Origin: Selaginella moellendorffii | Lineage: Eukaryota > Plantae > Lycopodiophyta | Length of the DNA stretch: 64,000 nucleotides | NCBI RefSeq assembly: GCF_000143415.4 | Contig: NW_003314261.1 | Location: 3,588,880 to 3,652,879, forward strand | Reading direction: 5' to 3' | Notes under the pieces: generated by a model | Told to the model about the DNA's origin: nothing | The model's input: the letters and a program-made list of their open reading frames with translations, nothing else | Databases searched by the model: none | Made by a program: the position numbers and the translations under genes | Shown: positions 53,187-64,000 of the stretch, one piece after another | Numbering within the stretch: position 1 is the stretch's first letter | How the letters are laid out: each line of letters starts with the position of its first letter

Positions 53187-53473
53187 TATGTTCTTCTTCG
53201 CCAAAGTTTCTTTTCTTTCCATACGTACTTGCAACCCGTCACTGACGCGCTCCCTGACGGGTTGGGCCCCCGTCATTTGGGAAATATTCCCCAAATTTCA
53301 AACATATCCAGATCATTGGATGCGTTGCGCATGCCACTTGGCATGCCACGTGTACGGCGCTTGTCACTTCGGACAATTCAAACGTGAAATCCACTGAAAA
53401 AACACCAGAGCGAGTCACAGTCAGTTTATCTAGAAGAAGAAGAATTTAGTTCTCAAAATAATGCTTACTCTCT

Positions 53474-55639
53474 TTAATCTTCCCAATCATCTTCATCTCC
53501 ATCACTGCCAGAAGTTTGTGGGAGGAACGCTTTCAAGTTTGCAATCTGCAAAAAAGGAGAAAAAATCATCCAAGCTTTGGCCAAAGACGAGACGATTAAA
53601 ACTTGCCGGCAACGGAGACCTGCAACCACCAACACTCGTGAGATGGTTTTTGGTTTGTAGCTAAAGCGCGATAACTTTGATTACCTCGCGGACGAGCTTG
53701 CTCCAGTGTCGGAACCTTTAGACATCTGGAAAGAGCCAGTTACGCAACGGACGAAAAGCCTCACGATTATAACTAGAACTTACGCCGTGAGTGGCGCCTT
53801 TCATTGAAAGCCTTCGCATTTTTAGCGTCGACGCCATCTCAGCAAGCAGGTCCGCCTGCGCAATAGAAGAAATGGTGAGGAGGCAACACGCTCGACTTTT
53901 ACCACCTGTTTAGAATGCGGAGGCTCGGCTTCTTGAGTTGGTTCTGATGTCTTCTCGGACACGTCGGTCTGTAAGAAACGAGCAAGCTAAAGGAAATAGA
54001 GATGATAAAATGGATAATGGCCTACCTTTCTTAGTTTGATGTTTGGACTTCGAATGGACGCAAGGAGTGCTGCTCTATTCGGTTCTGTAAAAGGATTCAG
54101 CAACATGAAAAGCAGCAGACAAAGGAGATTACCAATTGGAGGAATAGCTTGTGGAGGAGTTGACGAGGATGCAGACGCCTTGTCCTTGCTTGCTGCCCCA
54201 GGGTTCATGGTGCTGCTTATCATAGGTGGAGAAGGCAATGGTGGTGGTGGCGGAGGGATTATGCTTTTTCCTTGAACCAAAACAACAATCAGCAATGTCT
54301 ATTACACGCAAAAAAGAACGTCCGCACCTCTATCGTCCTTCGTGTTCTGAGAAATTAGTCGAGGGGGCGGCTGGGGTGGACGTAGTTGCGGCATGGGAGC
54401 CTCCTCCATTTTCGGTGCAGGAGGAACGGTAATTTGAGAAGGATCTAAGAAACAAACTGGTACTGGTTATGTAACGTTGAGCATTCAATCCTTACTTCTC
54501 GATTCTTCAGCTTTGGGAGCATCTAGCTTTTGAGAGCTTTTATTGCTTGCCGAAGGCACGATTGATGTTAACTCCTGAACGTCAGTCCTCGAGCCTGATA
54601 TATTTTTGGTATTTTTATTCTCCCTACATAGAAATATGAAGCATACCTGTCCAGCTAATATCCGCCACCATAGGCAAGTCCGGAATTTTGGAGGGCAAAG
54701 TGAACAGAGGAACTTGACGCAATGTCGGCTTGAATCCATACTCTTCTAGACCTGGAGCAGCCTAGTCACCAAAATAAATTCAGTGACTATAGTGCGTGCC
54801 TGTGCACATAGCTTACTGGATTGTTTCTTTGAGTGAGACTCTGAGGTGGCGGATAAAGCGCGGTAGATTTTCCAGAAGCCTCGGATGTAGCTTGTTCTGG
54901 TAGTTTAGTATGCCTGTTCATAGAGAATAAAAAACAGGATTAGAGTAAACATACGAAAATATAGTACTCAGGAAGAACGTCTGCTATGGATCTATCATTA
55001 AAATCAGCATCATCCTGTCCACAAGAACCAAACTACCGCCAATCACCACGACAAGAGACTAGAAAAAAAAGAAAAATAATACCTTGTGCATTGGTGTAAC
55101 ATTTAATCGTTCATGGCTAGTTTCCATGAAAAAACGAAAGAGCTCCAGCGTTCCTTCGTTTTCATCCTCCTGGCAATGCAAAAACAAGAAACTTTTCAGG
55201 CTGGCATGGCCTCCTCGCAAATCAATCACCTGAAAATTCCCCATATTGAGCTCTACTTTGAAGACTGGCAGAGGCTCGTCGTGTCCTCCAAACAGCGGCT
55301 TGAAATCCACAGCATCGGAAGAAACCTGCGGATATTTCGCGCTCGATAGCACCGTTATCGCTTGCCTCGACCCGGAGATAGAATCCACATTCGCCTGAAG
55401 AACTCCTCCAATCCAAAAAAACTCCAATGCAAATGCGATTGATACCTTCACCGTCTGGATCCTCCTCGACAGATCTTGCAATCGCTCGCGCTCCATCCCG
55501 ACCTGCGCAAATAAACGACGATCACACCAAAACAAGGCCGGCGCTGGCATACGCGGCTCGTGATCCTCCCAAACACCGCATCGGCGGCGTCCTGGAGCTG
55601 CTCCAGCGCGCGCAGCAGATCCGAGTCCACTGGCGCCAT
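53474..55639 (-). CDS. WASH1: WASH complex subunit 1-like Arp2/3 nucleation-promoting factor, multi-exon
   Basis: N-terminal LEQLQDAADAVFGRITSRV..ITVLSSAKYP (WAHD-like), poly-Pro, WH2 NRAALLASIR..KLRK, central DLLAEMASTLKMRR, acidic end DGDEDDWED*. Confidence 0.8.
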
Positions 55640-56348
55640 GAGAGGGAAGACGCCAAGAACCCTAAAACCCCGGGAATCTTACTTAAAAACTAGAAGAGCC
55701 TGGCTTTGACAATGGAAGAATCCAGGCTTCTTCGCGCGCCAAATGGTGCGGAGAACGAGACCGAGAACACTTTGGAGTGAAACAAACCAGCGCCAGCGGC
55801 CAAGTCTTCGTCCATTTTCTTCCTTCTTTCCGGAACGAACAAGGCTCGCCTTTGCTCCATCAAGGAGAGCAGTACTACTACGAAATGGATTCTCTTCCTC
55901 AGATGGCTTTGACGAGTCTTAAACGTTGACAATCTTAAATCCCTCTCTCGCTCTCTCTCTTCTCTCTCACTCTCTCACTCTCGGTCTCCCTCCTCTCGTT
56001 TCTTCGGTCCTCGTTCTTCTGGTTCTTCTGTTCTTGCCAGTGATCTTTCTCGGGTGTTTCACAAAGCCAAACTCAAACCAGCAGGCTTTCTTCCTTGATA
56101 TATAGCCCCTGTCGATCCAGCACTTGCTTCCAAACAGAGCTGCGTTCTCGGTCGTTTTAGAACCACCTTCGCTTCTTCTTCGCTGTAGCAAGCTCGTTCT
56201 TGGAGGAGTTCTCGACGTCTTCCTTTCTCGGCTTCCTCGCCGTGCTTGGGCGATCTTTCTAGGCGATCGGAGTCTAGTTCCAGTTCCTCGACGTAAACCA
56301 GCATTGTCTCTCAAGCACTTCCCATTGTCGCGGTCGGAGGACGTAACG

Positions 56349-58251
56349 ATGGACGCGACTGCAATCCTGAGTGCCATTGCCTGCGACGAGCAAGCACTCG
56401 GATTCATGGAGCACGTAACAAGACACGTCTCCAGCGTCCAGGACTACGTCCTGCAGCTCTTGCTCGAGGCCAATGCTGGCACGGACTACTTCCAAAGGCA
56501 TGGCCTCCACGGCATTCCAACCAAGGAGGAGTTTCGGAGGCTCCTCCCGATCACCACCTACAGCGACATGGAAGCGGACTTCCAGAGATTAGCAGACGGG
56601 GACGAGTCGAAAACCATTTGCGCTGCTCGAGTGCTAGAAATGCTTACCAGGTAAAAAACGAAACAGAGAACGCATTTTTTTTTCTCTTCTTTCGTCTCGT
56701 TGACTGACGAAAAAAATAAACACAGCTCTGGAACTTCTGGTGGGAAGCAAAAGCTCTTTCCAAAGTCGCCCAGCTACGATCAGGAGTTCGTGGCGCTCAA
56801 CCGGGTGGCCCGAGCTGCACTAAACAAGTAAGTTTCCAAAAAAAAAAACCATTTTTGCGAGAGAATGAACAGAAAATCTTACCTTTTCGATTCTCCGTCG
56901 CAGGAAAGCACCGTACGCGAGCCGGGGAAAATCCTTGCAGTTCTTCTACGTGAGAAAGCCCGGGATCACATCCGGCGGCGTCACCACCACCTCGGGCCTC
57001 AGTGGCTACTTCACAAGTCCAGCGTTTCGCCAACGCAAGCTCGACCCGGAGTCGGGCTACACGAGCCCGGACCAAGTGATCCTCTGCGTCGACTATCAGC
57101 AAGCGAGCTACTGCCACCTCCTCTGCGGCCTCACGCAATCCCAGGAAGTCGTTTCCATCGGCGCGGCCTTCGCCTCCACTCTTGTCCGAAGCCTCAAGGC
57201 TCTCAAGGATCTCTGGCAAGAACTCTGCGTAGACATCGAGACCGGCCGTGTGAATGACAACATCGTCTCGGACTTATCCGTCAAACACGCCGTGAACGCT
57301 TTACTTAAGCCGGATCCAAAGCTGGCGGCGCTCGTCCGGCGAGAGTGTAGCAAGAGCAACTGGCGCGGGATTGTCCGCCGCCTCTGGCCGAGAGCACGGA
57401 TCATCCAGGCCATCGTCACGGGCTCCATGCAGCAGTACGTGCCAGCGATCGACTTCTTCAGCGATGGCCTCCCGATCGCCTCGTCCATCTACGCCTCGTC
57501 CGAGTGTAGCACACTGGGAGTGAACTTAAGTCCAGTCTGCTCACCATACGACGTCCGCTACTCTCCATTCCCGTGCTTCGTCTACTACGAGTTCCTCCCC
57601 GTGAGCTCCAGTTCGAGCTCTTCGCCAAGCCGGGACGATCTCGTGCAGCTCGCAGAGGTAGAGCTCGGGCGAGAGTACGAGCTTGTCATCACCACCCGGG
57701 CCGGACTATACCGCTACCGCGTCGGGGACGTGCTCAAGGTGGTGGGCTTCAAAAACTCGATGCCGCAGTTCTCCTTCGTCGGCCGGGCGGGAGTTCTCTT
57801 GAGCGTCGACACGGACAAGACCGACGAGGTGGAGCTCCACACCGCCGTCACCACCGCCGCCGCGGTGATGGCCAAGAGGAACCGCGGCGACGTCCGGCTC
57901 CTCGACTACACTAGTAGAGTCAACTTGTCGTCCCAGCCGGGCCACTACGTTGTCTATTGGGAGCTCTCGTTGGATGCCGCTATGGAGTCCATGGAGGCGG
58001 AGCTCCGCAAGTGCTGCTCGGTGATGGAGGAATCGCTGTCCGTGGTGTATCGGCGGAACCGGCGAGAGGGCAGCGTTGGAGCGCTGGAGATCAAGGTGGT
58101 CGAGCCGGGAACTTTCGACCGGATAGTGGATCATGTTGTGTTTGTCGGTCAAGGGAGCATCGGGCAGTACAAGACGCCGAGGTGTGCCAGAGATCCGGCA
58201 GTACTTCGCATTCTAGAGTCGAGCGTCGTGGAAAGTTCCCGGGCGAGATAG
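56349..58251 (+). CDS. GH3: GH3 acyl-acid amido synthetase, 3 exons
   Basis: LPITTYSD, TSSGTSGGKQKLFP-type loop, YASSEC, YELVITTRAGLYRYRVGDVL, PGHYVVYWEL, GQYKTPRC. Confidence 0.93.
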
Positions 58252-58508
58252 AGAGAAGCCGGGAACTTTTCCTCCTTGGGCTAACTTGGTCTGACATAGC
58301 CAAAATAGAAAAACCCGTTTGAGAACTTCGTCGCTGTTGCCTGATGCTTACCAGTTGGAAGATTCAAAGGCAAAGATTTGTGGCTTTTCGTCAAAGAGAT
58401 ACGCACAATTTCTGGAAGATCATGTGTGAGGCAATTGGATAAAGAAGAATAGGAACGAGGAAAAACCCACCTGTGTGCCGGAAATCTCGTGGAAAATCAA
58501 GTTGGTTG

Positions 58509-59442
58509 TCATCCCATCCCTTGTTTCCATTGCCGAGAAGCGAAAGCTGATGTGAAGAAACACCTCCTGTGCCTGGTAGAGATCCTCCTAGCCCGAGGAA
58601 ACCATATCATACTCTGACTTCGATAGTCAGTGAGCTCCTTGTCCCCGGCCCAAAGAAAAGTCTTCCACATGTCGTAGTCCGGCTTGGAAGGCATGGACTT
58701 TAGTAGCTCATCTCTGGGCTTGAGAAGCTTCATCACACGCAGGTAATCTTCCAGGACCGGATACACCTCAAAGTCTGCGACTTGCAGCTTCGTTAGTCCG
58801 GCAGAGACTTGCAAGTGGAGACCATGCTCGTAAAGATGGCGATTGTCTGGCATCACACGCCTCAGCCGCTGCGTACTTCCCTTTTGTGGCCAATCCAGAG
58901 ACCATCAAACTCCACGACTCCAAATTCTCCTCCTCGATCGAATGGAAAACCGAGGGTTGCCTCCAAGGGCCTGCAAGAAGCCACACTCGGGTTTTTCATC
59001 CTCTGCACCATTGCCTTGGCCGTCTCAAGATCCCTGCTCTCGGTAAATGCTGCGATCATGGCCTACCACAGTTTCTCGTGCCCAGGCGACGCTCGGAAGA
59101 TTGTATGTGTCATCGCGGCTCGCGCATACCCTCGATCATTGTCACCCAGGGATGTACAGCCGGATCCTTCGCCATCTTGAACAGCTCCTTGGCCTCGTCC
59201 ATAAGCCCTCTGGTATACGCCAAGAGCATGATGTTCCAAGTCTTCACGTCCCGCTTCCCGGCGCCATCGAAGAACGCCCTGCCCTCCTTGATCTTCCCAT
59301 TGACAATGTATGCTTCCAGCATGTTCATGCTGTTGCTCGTCGGTAGAGTATCATCCGGTTTTCGTGCTCGGCGTTCCTGATGGCCAGTTTGCTCGGCGAC
59401 CCTGATGGCCAGTTTTCTAGGCGTGAAAGCTGTAACAGCCAT
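58509..59442 (-). pseudogene. Degenerate PLS-class PPR gene (with E-domain relic)
   Basis: Frameshifted pieces MLEAYIVNGKIKEGRAFFD..RDVKTWNIMLLAY, MIAAFTESRDLETAK, SWSLMVSGLA, LLKSMPSKPDYDMWKTFL. Confidence 0.7.
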
Positions 59443-60273
59443 GTTTGCTGGGCCGTTTGCTTCTTACTTGCAAAGGAATGCTCCTCGACAAGACTTTGAT
59501 TCCACAACTGAGCACTTGAAGAGCACGAGTATAATCGGCGCCTACCACTCCAGTGTGATTCCCATGGCCAGTGGTGAATTTGTTCTGGTTTGGGGATGAA
59601 GAGCTCATCGGCAAGGTGGCTGGATTTTAACTTGGAAGCTATTAAGTTCTTCTCCGATCCGACCATTGTTGCGGTGGCTTTTGGATTCTATGGAGGGGAG
59701 AGGAGGAAATCGAATCCTTCCAAGAGGGCGAAGGCGCGCTGCAGGAGGAGCAAGCAAGTGCTGGAAAAATATCCAGGTGGAGGAATTCAAGCACAAGGAC
59801 TTGGGACTTGAACAAGTTGGCTCCGTATGTTCACAATCCTGATAGAGAGTCAAGGACTGGAATCACCTACCAAATTAGAGGCACCGATTGCGAGCTCGAT
59901 GGAACAATCCAATTCATAAATTCTGCTCGTCCAGAATTCGATGATCAATGCGTTCGTTTGGCAAGATTGGCAGCCTCGAGACTGGGAGGGAGAGATTACC
60001 AAGATAAGATTTTAGAGGAAGCTGACTGCACTGCCTTCGATCAAGTACCTCAATTGGTGGAAGCAGTTTGAACCGGCTTCGTTTCTTGGCAATCTCAATA
60101 TTCGAGAAGATCCTCTTTTGCCGGAAGCTAGGAGGTTGAAACACGTCACGTTCATCGCACCCACTCCAGCATCGGATCCTTCGCCACCTCAGCACAATTA
60201 TGTGTAGGAAGAATAAAAGTCAATTTTGCTCCTCCTATAAAAGCAGCCCATGCTTCAAACCAAACCCTAAAGG

Positions 60274-61179
60274 ATGATGGCCAAGGAAGCTCTCGAGGCG
60301 CTGAAAAGGAACAAGGGGGATCCCATCCAAATCCAGCAGTCGCTGGATGTCCTGGCATATGGCTCTTGGGAGGGGATATCCAAGCACGAGATTAGAAAGG
60401 TGGTAGGGCAACGATTGCAAAAGGGAAGTGTGCTGGAGAGGCGGCTGAACAGGCAAGATCTGGAGGTGAAGCCTCTCCCAGAGCTACAACCTCCCAAGCC
60501 TTTCTTCCCCCAAGCTGCGATGCTAGAGTTTAGGACAGCGTTGGAGGCATGGCAATGCACACCCGAGTGCAAGAAGAAGCTGAGCTATCTCTACACCAAC
60601 ATTTCAAATTGCAACCACTTGCAAGCCACAATGCAAGCCGAGGTGAGGATGCGCCAGCATTGGAAAAGTTTGGTATCCGAGAGCAAGTGGAGATCGGTTT
60701 TAGAGTTTGGCACCTGGTTTATGGCCGTCTCGCTGCAGGGCTTCAGGAACATTGCCTTTGAACTGGCTAGTGATGCTGATAGAAGATTCAAGGAGCTGCA
60801 CGATGCGTGTGCAGGGGGCCAGGTACCGGTAGACTGCCTTATCTGCTTCTTGGAGCCGTTTCTCAGGCTTATGGTCAGGGGAAGCTTGGTGCAAGAATGT
60901 GGTGCACGGATCAAGTTCATTGGGGCTTGTGCCTTGCTGCTTCAAGGGGTCGAGCTCAGGAATGTCGACACCTGCTGGAAGCTGTTGATCGAGAGCACCA
61001 CAACACTTCCAAGTGAAGATGAAGATAAGCTTTTGGAGTTCTTGTCATCGGAGTGCAACCTGTCCAATCCCTTGCTCCAATCCATGCGGACTGCAAGGAA
61101 GAACAAGAATGCAGATGCTGCCAACTCCCTACTAGCTATGCGCGTTGCAAGGAAGAATAGCGATGCAGATGAGCATTAA
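60274..61179 (+). CDS. Intronless 301-aa hypothetical alpha-helical protein
   Basis: Uninterrupted ATG-to-stop ORF with protein-like composition; no family recognised. Confidence 0.45.
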   Translation: MMAKEALEALKRNKGDPIQIQQSLDVLAYGSWEGISKHEIRKVVGQRLQKGSVLERRLNRQDLEVKPLPELQPPKPFFPQAAMLEFRTALEAWQCTPECKKKLSYLYTNISNCNHLQATMQAEVRMRQHWKSLVSESKWRSVLEFGTWFMAVSLQGFRNIAFELASDADRRFKELHDACAGGQVPVDCLICFLEPFLRLMVRGSLVQECGARIKFIGACALLLQGVELRNVDTCWKLLIESTTTLPSEDEDKLLEFLSSECNLSNPLLQSMRTARKNKNADAANSLLAMRVARKNSDADEH

Positions 61180-61285
61180 CAAGGGCTTCAGAACGCTGTA
61201 CTACTGCAATGTCATTGTCTTTTTTCTTTAGCCGAAAAGCAAAGTCCTCGTCAAAAACAAAACAAAGAAGCAAAAAGCTTATATC

Positions 61286-62380
61286 TCAGATAGCGAGCTC
61301 CATGGAGAAGAACTCGGAGCGTCTTCCAAAGCTCGGCACGGGCGCAGGATCATCCACCCAGCTCCAACTCTCGTCCCAAGAATCAAACACGATGATCCCA
61401 GAGCAGTGGTGTGGCGCCACAAAGTTGATCCGTCCCCCTTGATCACCCGAAAACTGCCATAGCTCATGCTTCGGCAGCAGCTTCACGCCCTTCTGCTCGC
61501 TCATGACCCGCTTCACCATCTCACTCGGCAAGCTCGGCCGCCGCCGCCACTCCCGGCCCACCGGATCGAAGACGAATGCGTCGATCCCTCTCACCACCTT
61601 GGAGCTATCACGCAAGAGCCCGACTTCGCCACCTTTGTAGATCAAGAGCTGGTGATAGAGCGGATACTTGAAACGATCCTCGCTCCAGCTTCCCAAGACC
61701 TCAACGTTGGATGGATCATTCATGCTGCCGCTCACAAGCTTCACGACGCCATTGTCCTCCGAGCACAAGTAGTAGAACGTCGCGATGCCATCGCAGAAGA
61801 GGCTGCCGTAGCTCGAGTTCCCGGGGAAATCCACCGTCTTCCATCTCCTAGTTCTCGAGTTGTAGAAGCAGTCGCCGATGATGATCCGGAAATCTAGAGC
61901 CGTTCTTCCACCGCTAGCCGGCGATCGCTTTGGCACCAGCAAGCTCCACGGGCTCGTCTCCCAGGACGAGTTTGGAGCCGGATCGAAGAACACCCACTGG
62001 CCGGTGATGGGATTGCCCACCGCGATCTTGGACTTCAGCCGAGCGGCGACGAGGCCGCCGCTGGCGCCCTTGAGATGGAATCCACCCTCGGGGAGGAAGC
62101 AAGCGTTGGGGAGATTGCACCATTTCTTCAGCGACGCGCTGTAGCACCTGGTAATCTTGCGAGCCGAGTACCTGGGCCGGATGAGGAAGGGAGCAGCCTC
62201 GCGCGATCGATTGGCCTCCCTCCACTGCTCTTGGAACGCTGGGCAGGTGGTGATGTGCCTCAGCTCGCGGCACACTAGGCGGACACTGAGGATGAATTCC
62301 ACAGGAAGCATGGCGAGGATGCGCTGGAGCAGCGCCATCGGCAGCCTCTCCCATACCTTCGTCTTGAGCTTCTTTCCCAT
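61286..62380 (-). CDS. F-box protein with beta-propeller/kelch-like C-terminus, intronless
   Basis: VWERLPMALLQRILAMLP..VRLVCRELR (F-box); GASGGLV..IAVGNPITGQW. Confidence 0.88.
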   Translation of the reverse strand: MGKKLKTKVWERLPMALLQRILAMLPVEFILSVRLVCRELRHITTCPAFQEQWREANRSREAAPFLIRPRYSARKITRCYSASLKKWCNLPNACFLPEGGFHLKGASGGLVAARLKSKIAVGNPITGQWVFFDPAPNSSWETSPWSLLVPKRSPASGGRTALDFRIIIGDCFYNSRTRRWKTVDFPGNSSYGSLFCDGIATFYYLCSEDNGVVKLVSGSMNDPSNVEVLGSWSEDRFKYPLYHQLLIYKGGEVGLLRDSSKVVRGIDAFVFDPVGREWRRRPSLPSEMVKRVMSEQKGVKLLPKHELWQFSGDQGGRINFVAPHHCSGIIVFDSWDESWSWVDDPAPVPSFGRRSEFFSMELAI

Positions 62381-63267
62381 TGCAAAAACCCTAAACGGTT
62401 AAAAAATTAAAGAAGACTTTTAAAGGCAACCCTACATTATTTATGTGGCCCTAAAATGCCCTATCCCACATGCCCAAGCTCAACGAGTTTCTTCGATATA
62501 TAAGAGCTCGGTAGAGAGGGTATGGTATAAGCGCGCCCGCTTCAAGGTGGGAGTCAGCACGGTGTTATCCTCGGAGGGGGATTGTGACGTGGCTGATAAT
62601 GCGGGGCACATCGCGTCAGGCGGGTAACCGAGCATCGCTATAGCTCCAGCTCTTGCCAGTGAAGGGATCACGCGCTCTTTTTCGCACCGCGATTTTGATG
62701 ATTTGTTTCACTTGCGTGATTGGAAATCTATTAAATTCTCACGAGTTTGATGGCGTCATGGAATTGATTGAAATGGTGCCTCGCTCGCATATCGAGCGCC
62801 CACAATCAAGGATCTTCTCTCTTCCGAGCATTCGAATTCCAAGGGTTTACAGGTTTTCTCCTCGAGGCATCCAAAAGATACCGTGGTTCAGGCATAAAAT
62901 TGTTTGCAGGAAAATCGAGAAATCAAGATCAACGGCTATCAAAGAGCTTGTTTAGATTGAGGCCAGCGTACGTGGTTCTACATTCGTCTAGATTATGAGA
63001 TGCAAAAAAATATTACGAGGATGATCGCAACACGTAAAACATTCGTGTCTTCTTAACAACTCTTCCATCCCAGCCTGGCTTCTTCCGATCTCATCAATGA
63101 AGCTCTTTGTCGATTGAGACGCTTAGGCCTGGTGGATCGAGTCCAGCAAGTTTAACCGCCTTAGACCACCTTTTCAGCGATTGCGACCATTCACTGGGGA
63201 GATTCTTTGGTTACAAATGAATATCTAGAAAACTCGATGGTTTGTGTGTAGAAAATGTTGGTGGCAA

Positions 63268-64000
63268 ATGCTTCATGGATTCAAGCAACTGGAGGCCCCA
63301 GACATCTCAGAATTCGTGAGATTGATTAAGCTTTGCGGCAATTCAAGGAATCTTGTTCGTGCAGCGCAGCTAGAAGCACAGATCCTCCACAGCCCCCACA
63401 GCCAAGAGCGCTACCTCTCCAATCTTCTGGTAGAGATGTACGGGAAGTGCCGTGCACCAGCCGAGGCACGTCGCGTTTTCGATTCCATCCACAACAGGAA
63501 TCTCTACTCGTGGAATTTTCTCGTCGGGGCATATGCTCAGAACGGGCATTTGCTCGAGGCCAGAGCAGCGTTCGATCTCATGGGCGAGAGGAACGCCATC
63601 TCATGGACGGCCGTGATCAAAGCATACGTGGAATCTGGCCAACTGGAAAATGCTAAGATCCTGTTTGACCAGATGCCCGACCCGGATGTGGTGGTAAGGA
63701 ATGTCATGATTGCCGCATATGGCGAGACCGGGGATCTGGAAGAATGTCGACGAATCTTCGACAGGATGCCCGAGAGAACGGTAGTGACGTGGAATGCACT
63801 GCTCCAGGCGTACGCGTCCAGCGGCCACGTGGACGAGGCGCGCTGCGTGTTCGACCAGACGCCCGACCAGGACGTGGTGACGTGGAGCGCCATGCTCCAG
63901 GCCTACGTGGAGGCTGGCGACGTGGATGGCGCGCGAAAGGTCTTCGGTTCGATGCCCCAGCGCAACGTGGTCGCATGGACGTCTATGGTACGAGCGTACG
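63268..64000 (+). CDS. PLS-class pentatricopeptide repeat protein (runs off window)
   Basis: Open frame LSNLLVEMYGKC..ARRVFDSIHNRNLYSWN, repeated FDQMPD/RMPER..VVTWNALLQAY S-type motifs. Confidence 0.9.
   Translation, partial: MLHGFKQLEAPDISEFVRLIKLCGNSRNLVRAAQLEAQILHSPHSQERYLSNLLVEMYGKCRAPAEARRVFDSIHNRNLYSWNFLVGAYAQNGHLLEARAAFDLMGERNAISWTAVIKAYVESGQLENAKILFDQMPDPDVVVRNVMIAAYGETGDLEECRRIFDRMPERTVVTWNALLQAYASSGHVDEARCVFDQTPDQDVVTWSAMLQAYVEAGDVDGARKVFGSMPQRNVVAWTSMVRAY

Overview
Eukaryotic plant DNA. Very short introns, PLS-class PPR genes, GH3, an STP sugar transporter and a flagellar CFAP77-like gene point to a lycophyte such as Selaginella (inferred, not proven). Positions 176-32852 are one decayed DNA transposon (~8.1 kb once insertions are removed) with TATGG..CCATA terminal inverted repeats (TIRs), a CAAAT target-site duplication (TSD), an intron-split IS3/retroviral-integrase-type transposase and a HECT E3-ligase-like second gene (IS3EU-like). 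Four LTR insertions, each with a 5-bp TSD, are nested in it: a non-autonomous element A1 (938-16196); a second copy A2 (2738-10243) inserted in inverted orientation into A1's 5' LTR; a full-length Ty3/gypsy chromovirus B (16636-24164); and a solo A-LTR (26600-28350). The main finding is that B's integrase frame is interrupted by two GT-AG spliceosomal-type introns (46 and 52 nt), although its LTRs are ~99% identical. Both LTR families also share a covarying multi-hairpin 3' RNA module containing tRNA T-arm mimics. Positions ~33-64 kb are gene-dense: UCP012943-like, DUF7796-like, F-box/LRR/ankyrin, CFAP77-like plus a deleted duplicate, STP13-like, RecQ, MBD, WASH1, GH3, F-box and PPR genes and relics.
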